From: Antedon mediterranea
Lineage: Eukaryota; Animalia; Echinodermata
Assembly (NCBI RefSeq): GCF_964355755.1
Contig: NC_092672.1
Location: 22,953,237-23,017,236 of the forward strand
Direction of reading: 5' to 3'
Length of the DNA stretch: 64,000 nucleotides
The notes under the pieces were generated by a model, which was not told the origin of the DNA, did not search any database, and was given only the letters and a program-made list of their open reading frames with translations. The translations under genes were made by a program, and so were the position numbers. The first letter of the stretch is position 1; each line of letters begins with the position of its first letter. Positions 11,633-23,910 of this stretch are shown piece after piece.

Positions 11633-12464
11633 AAGATTAGTTGAATGCGAAGAATACACAGTGTGTAAGTATAGTGGTAATACAGTGGTAAAGTGAAGTT
11701 ATAAACTGACTGTTATTGAAACTATGTAACGCTTGTTTTTATATTTGCAGGGCTTTTTCCTTCGTTCTCTTTATTTTCCGAGTAACGTTGATTCGTACAC
11801 AATAAATGGTAGCCTATGGTAGCGGCAATCAACAACTTGTTGTCTTTCTGTTGGTCTTGATATTGCATTCATTTGAGCCAAGCCTCGCACGCTTGATACC
11901 CGGGGAGAAAACTTCTAAATTAATCAGCGGGGTTGGTGAAATCTATCCATAATAGGTTACTTTTCTGTCCATAATAGGTTACTTTCTGTCCATAATAGGA
12001 ACTAGAGGGCGCTGTTGTTTGTCCATAATAGGTGACTTTCATAATTGGCTGTCCAAAATAGGCGACTTTTTGTCCACAATATAGCCTGGGTGCAGTACAA
12101 ATTTTGCGGGAAAAAAGTATAGGAAAATTGTTTTCTATTTTTTCTGATAGAGTATACCATAGAGAATGTCAGAAAAAAAATCCCCATCCCAGGGTCTTGG
12201 GGAAAATTTTTTACGGCACTTTTAAATTTTGGCCTATATAACACACACAAATGCCTATTAACACACACAAATACCTATATATAGGGGATAGGGAAAACAA
12301 ATTCACGTTTTTTTTAAACTTGGAGTTGTGTTATGATGATTAAAATTTGCTGAGGCTTACTTTAATAACTACTTCTCATAGTAGTTGATAAATCGAGTCG
12401 ATAACAATGACATTATCATGCCAGAATCCAATATGGCGTCCAATTTGGCGGAAAAAACAGGGTA

Positions 12465-12925
12465 TTGCTAAACCCCCGCAAACCCTTGCAAACCTCAAAA
12501 AAACATAGCAAACCCCACCGAACCAACATAAAAGTGATTGAATCATGTAGTGTACAATCCACTGGGTATATCCATGTAAAAAAAAAATTAAATTTCTACT
12601 GTTAACTACTTATTTTTGGGGTAAAACATCATTTTTTGGTCAAAAATGATTGCTAAACCCGGCAAACCTCCAAAAAAACATAGCAAACCCCACTGAACCA
12701 ACATAATAAAAAGTGATTGAATCATGTAGTGTACGACCCACTGGGTATATCCATGTTAAAAAAAAAAAATTTCTGCTGTTAACTACTTATTTTTGGGGTA
12801 AAACATCATTTTTTGGTAAAAAAATGATTGATAATTTAAAAAAAAAAATGATGTTTTATCCTAAAAATAAGTAGTTAAAAGTAGAAATTTTTAATTTTTG
12901 TTTACATGGACATACCTAGTGGTTA
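12465..12925. repeat. Duplicated ~185-bp unit plus an inverted partial copy inside the P-like element
   Basis: tgctaaaccc...gcaaacc...aagtgattgaatcatgtagtgtac...ttttggggtaaaacatc occurs twice; an inverted copy lies at about 12845-12925. Confidence 0.7.
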
Positions 12926-13110
12926 ACATGGTTAAACTACAATTTAAAAAATAGCAAGGATTAATAAAATACACCATAATTATTATGTTTATTACTATAA
13001 TTATTGATCGATGATTATGATCAAAAATAATATGTTGAAGTGATGTACTTTTTCATTTCAGCAGCATACTGTATATGAGCAGAATATCAAACATCTGTGT
13101 GCCTATAATA

Positions 13111-13836
13111 AACAAGGCCAACAGCCATTAAGTCGCGTGCTACAATGCATAGTGATACCGGACCGACAGACAGACCGACAGACCGACAGACAGACCGACA
13201 GACCGACAGACAGAGAGAGAGACCGACCGACCGACATAGTGAACTATACTGACCGAAATTACTGAACATGTTTAAAAATATTGAAATGTTTAAAAACATT
13301 TATTTTTTTTTTATTTACACGTGCGTAGCCTGTCACTTTCGACGTGCTCGTATAACGTAATTTCGAGTTGAAAAGTAAGTCAAGAAAACAGAAATCGGGC
13401 AAAAAGAGTGCGCAATAACATTTAACGCGCAGTGCGCGCGCAAAAATATGCGCACTCATGGCAATTTTGTAAACGCTTAAAATTGCCTGAAATGTACTCT
13501 TATTTCATCGAAAATAAATTTTGAAAATGTTAAGCGCGCGTACGCATGCGTTACATGCGCTACGCACGTAATTGTATTGCCATATGATGATTTATGCCCT
13601 GAAATTTATGAGTACCAAATTTTATTTAATTGTGATTCATGGTTGTGAAGATATGATTACAAACGTGATTTCGTTAAATCGTGCGTAGACCGCGTAATAT
13701 TTTATAGCGCACCGTGAAAACATAACCACATTGATTCCTGGCCATAAGGAATATACTGTGAAAAATTGACCTAGCTAGATTAAACTGATATCAAGATAAG
13801 GTCAGAAAGCGATAAAACGCATAGTGATACCGGACC

Positions 13837-13931
<95 letters not shown>

Positions 13932-14020
13932 CGACAGACAGACCGACAGACAGACAGACAGACAGACAGACCGACCGACCGACATAGTGAACTATAGAGT
14001 CGCTTCCACGCGACTAAAAA
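13111..14020 (-). mobile_element. Helentron/HINE (DINE-1-like) non-autonomous element with (GACA)n microsatellites
   Basis: T-run start, subterminal IR agtcgcgtg/cacgcgact, (GTCT/GTCG)n tracts at 13160-13235 and 13833-13985, terminal hairpin ggc..gcc then ttgtt. Confidence 0.7.
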
Positions 14021-14124
14021 AAGGAAGCATTTAAATACTATAATAATGTTTAAGTATTGTATAATGCAAGTAACTTCAATCTTAGTAATGCTGAGACAAA
14101 TTTTCATGTTGTATGGTGGGACAC

Positions 14125-15181
14125 ACTTAAAGTGTTCTGGGCCCATTTTGCACACCTGTAAATTAATAATTGTCTAGTGAGTTTTTGCTTTATCATAATT
14201 AACGTTTACGTAATTATAGGACGTCTACGTGTATGCTAATTGATTTTCAAATTGGTTAGGGCCTAAAATCAAATACTTAAGCCTAACCTAAAACCACAAA
14301 CTAACTAACGGTTGAATTTCATAAATATTAAGTATAAGATTCAATTAAAATTGTTTGTTAGGGCTACTCAACGGATAAGTAATATAACCAGGGAACAATA
14401 AAAATAGTGTAATTTCACTGTTATTATAACTAATCATAATGTCCTAGCCTATTAATGAATTATTTCATGCGTTAAATATACTGTAATGTATGTAACGGCT
14501 AGTTAAATTAAACGAAATAAAATAACCATGAGACAGAAAGCAAATATTAACCATGAGACGGAAAGCATGAAATAATCAAGATCACAATTTGTTTATATTA
14601 ATTATTATTATTATTATTATTATTTGTATAATGTAAAAAGAGGGACTAGGCCTACAGCGACATGCCAATTGGGCTTCTTGTAGTCTTTCGACCAAATTTT
14701 TACTTATATGCCAACAATTGTAATGATATATATTTGGTCAATAAATGTTTCTTGAATTGAAAGTTTTAAAAATTGTTTGTTAAGGGTACTAAATGTTAAA
14801 GGATAAGTAATATATAACCAGGGAACAGTGAAATTAGTGAAAACAGTGAAATTAGTGTAATTTCACTGTTATATAACTAATGTACTAGCCTAGTAGTAGA
14901 GCCTAATAATGATAATAATAATCATTTCATACGTTTAAATAATAATTATTAATAATAGGCCTACCTAGCCTAGTTTATTAATATATGTATAAATTGAATA
15001 CACAGTAAAGTAAGGTTAGTCCCTACATAGCATAGGCCTATGTTAAGATGTAGGCTACTTATTTAATTACATAAATTTACCTGTTCTTGTCTTTGGGAAA
15101 ATTGTAAAACTTAAGTTCTGGGTTGGCCTTTGAATTGCTTTTACAATTAATTGCAGCACAGTACATCTTTTCTTTTTTCAT
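14125..15181 (-). pseudogene. THAP-domain (P-transposase N-terminus) remnant: exon 15181-15081 and start of exon at 14155
   Basis: MKKEKMYCAAINCKSNSKANPELKFYNFPKDKN-R|CAKWAQN: CxxxxC...FxxFPKD...RxxxW THAP signature across a phase-2 intron; the remainder appears deleted. Confidence 0.8.
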
Positions 15182-16253
15182 TCAGTGTTTCTTAACCATA
15201 CAAACTTTGGCGCGACTCCTCAATCCCATTTTCTAAAGAATATTGCGATCGTCACGCAAATGTTCGTTACTCGTTTAAGCGAGGGGGCGCACTATAATTT
15301 GACGCTCCTAAAGTGTTACGCGTAAACGCGGGAGTGTCACATCTTTAGTATATAAGATCTTTGAATAAACTCGCCTCGCATTTTGGACAGCCAATTATGA
15401 AAGTTACCTATTATGGACAAACAACAGCGCCCTCTACTCCCTATTATGGACAGAAAGTCCCCTATTATGGACAGAAATCCCCTATTATGGACAGAAAAAT
15501 AACCTATTATGGACAGATTTCACCAACCCTATTGAATTAATCCGGGCATGGTCTCACGTACCACGACAGTATGAAACGCCATGTGTCCCAAATATGTATT
15601 ATAAAATACACAGAATCACCATTTCTAATAAATACCACATTATAAATCCACTTGTATTTTAACTATTTACACCGAATGTTTGCACTTTGTTTATAACTAT
15701 TGCAGATCATGTACGGTGACATACATAACGAATAAAAATAGGCTTATAAATAAACGTGCCTTCAATAACTGAGAAGTCTGTATAGGTATTAACTCCAATA
15801 ACGCTTTATATATTTCCGATAAATGTAAGCCGACTGTGTCATTAGCACATGTTATCAAAAGCATCTTATACATTTTTTTAAAATTTTTTTTTTTGGGTAG
15901 GGTATATGTAGGGTATATGACACCTAGGCCTAACTATATTTATATGGTCATACAACGCCTACTATTTATGCTCAATATAGAGATTTAAATACAACGCCTA
16001 CTATACTATGTTTCCATTACTACTAACCAACACTTTATATACACAGTCATACAGATAGGCACTAAGTCGCAGTTTCAACGCGTCCTCCACTAATAACATG
16101 ATCATACTTACTCAAAGAGATTTGGATACTGCGCCGAATAGGCAATTATTAGTATCAATCCTCTTAAACTGTATATTATTATTATAGTAAAACATTCACA
16201 TAAATAAAGTAACTCCGAATACTATGTAAAATCTAAGAGGAAATAAGACTCAC

Positions 16254-16410
16254 CAGAGGTATTGAGAGCATGCACCGACTCTAGGAACAACGTACCAATC
16301 AATTCACCCATCCATATTATCATGTTGTCATTCTCTCGATTTAATATTCACTAATCCAAAATTGAACCAGTCACCGATTCCAGTGTGTGTACAATAACAA
16401 TAGCAGCATA
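16254..16410 (-). pseudogene. Orphan exon encoding a degenerate signal peptide (ATG 16323) with a phase-1 donor
   Basis: tttgtgtttag acceptor, MIIWMGELIGTLFLESVHALNTS, G|GTGAGT donor; same geometry as the receptor's signal exon. Confidence 0.45.
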
Positions 16411-17569
16411 CTAAACACAAATAGAACACCTTTGTGTATGTATAACGTTTGATTTAGCACGCCGAGTTTCAGTTCTGAGAAAAGCCGAATAGGATATTTA
16501 AAGTATTTCCATAAATCATGGATTAATGAATGATAAATGCGGTTTCTGCTGCCAAGAAAATCGTAAATATACGGTATATTTCATATACAGTACTGTTTAG
16601 TTATCTCGATTGTTTTTGACGCACACAAACAATACAACTTGGTCATGACTACAAGTCGGGTAGAGACAGGCTTGCTCGATTAGATTTCTTCTCCCAATTC
16701 ATACTTCCGACGAAACGCATTTTTTTTGGTAATGGAAGCCGAAAACAGTCCTCCCACAAAGTCATCAAACCTATCCTTTTCTAGACGTAGGTTTAGGCCT
16801 AAATTGATAAAAGGAGAAAAAAATCTTACCAGATATGCAGGAATAAATACAATTGTACAATTGTATCATGGCCAATTCGACAAAATAGGATATAAAGGTG
16901 TACAAAATCAGCGTGGGGAATTCAGTATCTGAACACCGATTGAAACGTGGGCGGTTAAAAGTGCTTGAAACATACCAGGCATTGCATAAAAACATTAAAA
17001 AAACACGTTATAACAAGTTATACATTCGCAACTTTGTATGTTTTGCGCTACCTTTCAAAATTAAGACATATTCCCAGTTTACATTTCGTTTTGTTTTTTA
17101 TATTCTTTTCATTTTCATCTATTATTTCCTTTTAACATATTTGTATAAATAAACTCCGAATACTTGGTTATGATCAAATAAAGTTCAAACATTAAATTAT
17201 GAGTTCTTCCCTCTTATTATATGGAATTGGTTGTTTTATACTATTATGTTATTTATACATAATCCGTACATTGCTTTTTTGTATTTTAGCCTATGTAGGC
17301 CTATATATTTTTTATGACGAATAAACTTGAATTGGAGATATTTCTTATAAAATGTAAGATGATCCAAAAGAAGGCTTAAGAGTAACAATTATTATTTTAA
17401 TAAATCGAGACCCTTTTCTGTTACAATCTTGTGGTGGAGGAAGATTCCCGAAGTTTCACCTAAGTAATCTAGGAAAAATTTACAGGACACTGACCAGCTA
17501 TGGTTACCCAGAAAAGAACAACTCGGCGTATACGAGCATATGAACTGGGAAGGAGAAAAAAAAAATAAT

Positions 17570-18545
17570 ACACGTTGATAAAACTGAGACTATTCTTTTT
17601 GGTCCAAAGAAGTTAAAAATGTTGAAGAATTTAAAGTATATTGTAATGGTAAAGAACTATCACGGAAGCATTCTGTTAAATACTTAGGATGTTATATGGA
17701 TGAAGATCTTTGTGGTGAAACCATGGTAGAAAACGTACTTGCAAAAATGTCTGCACGACTCAAATATTTGTATCGACAAAGTTGTTATCTTAATAGATCA
17801 AATCGTGAACTTTTAAGCAACGCCCTCATACTTTGTCACTTTGATTATGCGTGTTGTGCATGGTATTCTGGACTTACCAGTTACTTTAAGGGAAAACTTC
17901 AAGTTGTCCAAAATAAAGTTGCCAGATTTTTTTGTAACTGGGATAACAGGTCCCATATTGGTAAGGAAGAACTTAAATCTATTGGTCAACTTAATATTGA
18001 AAGTCGGGTTAAACAATTAAAACTAAACCATGTTCACAAAATATTCAACAACCAAGCCATTCCATACATGTACACACACTTCTCCAAGAAATCCACCATC
18101 CAAAATATCACAAGAAGAAGCTCTCATACATTCTACCTGTCTAAATCAGACACATTCTTCTACACAGCAGCACAACAATGGAACATATTACCACACATTT
18201 TAAAAACCATTTTTAGCAAGACAGATTTTAAATTTAAAGTAAAGGAATATTTAGCAACGTCTCATGAATGAATAAATGACAGATGTATTTTAACTTACTG
18301 TAAGTCGACTTTAAAGAATGACTTGTAATATTATTTGAATAATCAATTTTATACAGTATGCTTTTATATGCTATGTTTTATTGTTTTACTGGTTTAATAT
18401 TTTATTGTTTGTATGTATAATGTACCCCAATGGAAATAAGCTGGAATGATATTTACCGGCTTTTTGGGTTATCCATGGAACTACCGTATGTTTTAATTGT
18501 TCTTGTTTACCAATTGTAATGTATATTTGTGTACTTCCGAATCAA
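17570..18545 (+). mobile_element. 5'-truncated CR1/L2/Crack-type LINE (RT C-terminus and 3' UTR)
   Basis: VDKTETILFG...VKYLGCYMDEDL...HFDYACCAWY...KLQVVQNK...WNILP..FK (ORF 17696-18271). Confidence 0.9.
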
Positions 18546-20136
18546 TTCAAACGAAATGTTTAAGTGCTTAGAAGCATTGTGCAATAAGCGCTTTGTACGA
18601 ACGAATATTATTATTAAGAGAGAAAAAATATATATAGAAAAGCAAAGCACTGAATTGCCATCATATTCTTCTATGCTTTCTTCTATGTAACCGGATTCGG
18701 ATGAATTCGAGGTGACGTTCAGATAGTTTTATTCTCACTGCGGATCCGTCAATAAGAGAAGAGGTTTCTTATTGATGTCCACATCTAAATTCTGACCAAA
18801 TCAATTTTCCGCGAAAGGAACCGACAACTTCGCGCATAAAAGACACTGCGATAAATATGTACTATATGAACAGCGATATAAATGTATTAAATAATAATGA
18901 TATTATTTACCATTTTTCTATGATTTCATAATTAATAGAATTCAACGAAATATTAACTTAATTAACCAAATAAATGTAGATGTACAAAAATGGTAGGGTC
19001 CAACTAACTTAACTAATTAAAACTAGTATTTTAAGGAAAGATAAACAATTAACTTTACTAAATTAACCGGACTAAGAAAATATAAACAGCATGAATACTG
19101 TGGAGGTGTGAAAATAATCTTATTTCAGGAAGTTCTTAATGAGATAATAGTTAATTCACATGTGTATATATTAAGATATTAATGCAGAACAAAGGAAATA
19201 ACAAGATAAAATACAAATAAGTAACAGGCCAGATAATTACCATAAGTAGAATATTTTAGCACTTTGTTGTAATTCAATGTTGTAATTCAATAAATGTGTA
19301 CAATGTTAAACAACACACTGTTACATTAACAATTAATATTACATGAACTGATACGTACCACCAGGTGCACAATAGAAATGTATGTTTATACAGAATGTGT
19401 ATATAGATTAAAAAAAGTACAATGACTTCCGTGTGTTTAACAATAATGAAATTATGGTGAAACTATAATTAATAAATACTTGAACCACGAAGGACAGAAT
19501 AGAAGTGATACAAACCACAATGACAAAACTTTAAACAAAATATTATTAATGAGTTTGTTGTTGTTGCTTTTATATAGTTTTGTAACTGCAACGTTAATTA
19601 ATTCAAAACACTTTTATAAATTAATCTGAGTAAATTCATATTATAAATTAATAATTCAATTAATTAATACCAAAAATGAAACATAGATAAATCTAATTCG
19701 ATTCAAACAACATTGAACAAATAATCTGTTAGATAAGATAAGATAAATTTTACAAGGCAATGTAAAAACAAAAAGAAAAGTATCAAAAAATAACATTTAA
19801 GTCTTAACTAAGAAGCGAATTATACAAGTAAAATGAAATTAGTAAAAACAAGGTAATCTTACAGATCGAACAATACTTAACCTATATGATGGAGTTAATG
19901 TTATTATCTATTTATTATCAGTATTATTAATATTTTCAAGTTTAAAGCGAATATATTATCATTATTATTACTAAAAAATATATATTATATAATTGCCAAT
20001 TGATTTTATTATACTGTTATTATTAAAATAAAGGCAACTGTTATAGGATTATTTGTTCTTATTATATTTAATTTTAATAGCTATTTGTAATTTAATTAAA
20101 CGTGATACTATTTTTATTATACTATTTAGTCTTATT

Positions 20137-21291
20137 TTTACATAGTTGGTATAAACTACACCTTTACATAGTTGGCATAAACTACACCTTTACGTAGTTG
20201 ACATAAACTACACCTTTACATAGTTGGCATAAACTACACCTTTACGTAGTTGACATAAACTACACCTTTACATTGTTGGCATAAACTACACCTTTACATA
20301 GTTGGCATAAACTACACCTTTACATAGTTGGCATAAACTACACCTTTACATTGTTGGCATAAACTAAACCTTTACATTGTTGGCATAAACTACACCTTTA
20401 CATTGTTGGCATAAACTACACCTTTACATTGTTGGCATAAACTACACCTTTACATTGTTGGCATAAACTACACCTTTACATTGTTGGCATAAACTACACC
20501 TTTACATTGTTGGCATAAACTACACCTTTACATTGTTGGCATAAACTACACCTTTACATTGTTGGCATAAACTACACCTTTACATTGTTGGCATAAACTA
20601 CACCTTTACATTGTTGGAATAAACTACACCTTTACATTGTTGGCATAAACTACACCTTTACATAGTTGGCATAAACTACACCTTTACATAGTTGGCATAA
20701 ACTACACCTTTACATTGTTGGCATAAACTACACCTTTACATTGTTGGCATAAACTACACCTTTACATTGTTGGCATAAACTACACCTTTACATTGTTGGA
20801 ATAAACTACACCTTTACATTGTTGGCATAAACTACACCTTTAAATAGTTGGCATAAACTACACCTTTACATAGTTGGCATAAACTACACCTTTACATTGT
20901 TGGCATAAACTACACCTTTACATTGTTGGCATAAACTACACCTTTACATAGTTGGCATAAACTACACCTTTACATTGTTGGAATAAACTACACCTTTACA
21001 TTGTTGGCATAAACTACACCTTTACATAGTTGGCATAAATTACACTTTTACATAGTTGGTATCTACACCTTTACATAGTTGACATAAACTACACCTTTAC
21101 ATAGTTGACATAAACTACACCTTTACATAGTTGGTATAAACTACACCTTTACATAGTTGGTATAAACTACACCTTTACATAGTTGACATAAACTACACCT
21201 TTACATAGTTGACATAAACTACACCTTTACATAGTTGGTATAAACTACACCTTTACATAGTTGACATAAACTAAACCTTTACATAGTTGGC
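20137..21291. repeat. 26-bp minisatellite, about 44 copies (catagttggcataaactacaccttta)
   Basis: Near-perfect head-to-tail units, no spacers. Confidence 0.95.
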
Positions 21292-22149
21292 CTAAAAATA
21301 ACATAAAAAGAATACAAACAATACAACAAACGGATACAAAATAAATTGCGTGAATACAGGAACAACTAATTTTAAACCAACCGACTCGATCTCTGTTGTA
21401 GTCACACATCACTGAAATAAAAAACCATTAAGTATTAGGGTAATAAGTAAGTGAAAATAATCATAATAACTTAAACTATAGTATATATAATAATAACTGA
21501 AAAATATCGATAACTGAAAGGGTAACATACACTACTCCACACTAACATTTGCAAGCTAGCTCTGAGATTATAATTTTGTTTTTCCATGATTTTTATCAAC
21601 ATAGATTAAAATGTTATTGCTGATGAAAAGTGTATAGTGTTTATGTGTACTGTTGCATACAAAGTCACGTTAAATTAATAATGTTTCTCTCCGAAGTCCA
21701 GGCAATCTAACAACAGGATGCAGGATCTATTATGCTATAATAATAAATTAATAATGTTTCCCTCCGAAGTGCTATACTAGATCACGTTATACCCAGATAT
21801 TTATAATTTATACTACACTCAAGATAGAAAAAGAGATCATTCAAACATACTAATATCGATCAGCAAGAAGTTAATTTTTTAATCAATTGTTTAATAAGTG
21901 AAAAAAATGAGTTGCAACCATAATTTCCACATTTGGCTAGCCTGAGATCATGTTTACTATTATAAACGCCAATACCTTTAGTCTTATAATAGTGCCCTCT
22001 ATAATGGTTTGACATTTTTTCAAAATATTATAGTGCCCTCTATAGTTTAGAAATAATTTTATAAAACCTCCAGGAATATTTAATTTTTCCAAATTGATAA
22101 TTTTAGGTTCACATGAATTGACTGCTTTATAATTATCAGCGAAAGACGC

Positions 22150-23910
22150 TGCATGGATCCATATCAGTTTGTATATTGCGTTAATGAGGACGATTTTTTA
22201 TTTGTTATTTTTTAAATCCATTTGGCTCATCTGACAAAGCTAAGTCCTATGCAGATCTTCATTTTTGAAATTTCCTCTCGGCATTTAATACCATCGACTC
22301 TCTTATGTATTAATAGATAAGCTTTGTTTTGCACATGCCTCACCTCCATCTATCCAATCTGGATCAGTTGTATCGTTGATGGTGATTTTACTGAAATGAG
22401 TATTTTAAGAATGTTGTTTATAACAGAGGCAAAATGTTTTTGAAAAAAAATGAGACCGTCGATATCTAGCTTTGAATGAAGCAATTGTTGTGGAATATTT
22501 AATTTCAGATGGTAGGTTATTCCATATTTAAGAATGTTGTTTTTAACAGAGGCAAAAACATTCCACAATATCAGTGTTCAGTGGCATGGTACAAGTTTAC
22601 ACCATGAGGCAAATGTATTTCTAATGTTATATTAAAATGATACACTTGACGTTAATGCTATTAGGCCTGTCAAATTGGCTGATATGCAAGAGCTTATGGT
22701 CAGTGTGATAAAACTGGGTAGATTCAGAAATACAAGATATTCGATATAATACTCGTAACGAAGAGTTCAAGTATGTTTACATGACCATTGCGTGATGGTA
22801 TATCATTAACATCTTTAGGCCTATACAGGATTACACTATCAGGTAAAAGAAAAAATACTTGACCTTGTCGTTACCATGACCATTACGTGATGGTAAATCA
22901 TTAACCTGAGTTAAAAATTTATCTTGTAAAGTCTAAGAGAAAGTCCCCTCAAGAAAACCTTTAGCACGGGGATGTTAAACTCGCCGATTAAATGAATTCG
23001 GTTGTACGTGGGTCTAAAAGCATTAAGAGTTGAAGTAAGTTTATAGTGAAGTCGTCTTTATTACCATCAGAACAAATGCTTTTTTTTGGTAAGAAGTTGG
23101 TCTTAGTTCATTATCAATATATCGTCGTTGGGTTCAAGATCATGTCTTCTGATTAATAAGAAAGACGACTTAACCAGCACTACTTTTGGACCGAGTAAAC
23201 GGTCTTGCCTTTATAAGAAATAACCAATTTGAGGTATTTCAGTGTCAGATATAGAATCATTGAACCACGTGTCAGAGTCGTGTTTTTAGACGACTGGATT
23301 ACTTTCAAGTCTCTAAACTTGTTGACTGTCTTACTGCTTCTAGCAATTCAAATGGTGGTTTACATGGTCGCTCTATGCCACACGTTTGTTATCAGAGTCG
23401 GAGGCATATTCACTGTCAACCGATTCTCTATCATCATTAAAAAAGAAGTCACTGAACAGAGGCAAGGAACATGGGTGTAGTAGGCTATCAGATGTCAACT
23501 GATTTCACGAGAGCGTAAAACTCATCCTCTAAAAAGTTGGCGAAATTCAGATGGAATCAATAGTTGCAATCGTCGCATTGAATACCGCGTTGATTTGATC
23601 TGACACACTTAGTACAAGAACCGAATGGATCCTTAGTGGGCCGAGGTTATATGCTATATCACCACTCAGTGCGAGAATCAAAAGCGAAACAAATGCAAGA
23701 TCAGTATATGCTAGTATGGTTTATTTTAAACTTCGGAATGACAAACGAATAAAGAATCTATGTATAGGCTAGTAAGTCTTAAGAAGCGTGTCATTATTTG
23801 TGTTGATTCCACAGTATCAGTTGACTTTAACAAGTATTCTGCCTTCCCCCTTTTACAAATTACAGATATTAATAGAACTACTAGGAGGACAGTTCTTTGA
23901 TGTCCCATGT
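22150..23910 (-). mobile_element. Degenerate CR1/L2-type LINE 5' region: hydrophobic leader, 2A-like motif, PHD finger, APE endonuclease
   Basis: MGHQRTVLLVVLLISVIC; LLILALSGDIAYNLGP; KDPFGSCTKCVRSNQRGIQCDDCNY*FH; HLNC-RS..NK; DTWFNDSISDTEI..GY; RRHDLE; LIGEFNIP; ILELFVT; TDH; many stops and frameshifts. Confidence 0.8.

Larger units (their letters stand above)
11925..15534 (-). mobile_element. P-element-like DNA transposon (defective) with THAP remnant
   Basis: About 140-bp imperfect TIRs (CA..RGGGTTGGTGAAATCT...tccataatagg repeats), 7-bp TSD AATTAAT (11918-11924 / 15535-15541), internal THAP exons. Confidence 0.85.

Noticed and set aside
16473-18815. STAT/GAS-like TTCN3GAA sites (e.g. 16473, about 18807) as feedback elements for the receptor
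   Set aside because: At this base composition the motif is expected many times by chance in 64 kb, and no clustering or conservation evidence is available.
20137-21291. 26-bp array as a CRISPR array
   Set aside because: Units are contiguous with no unique spacers, there are no cas genes, and the context is eukaryotic. The same applies to the 28-, 47-, 63- and 68-bp arrays.
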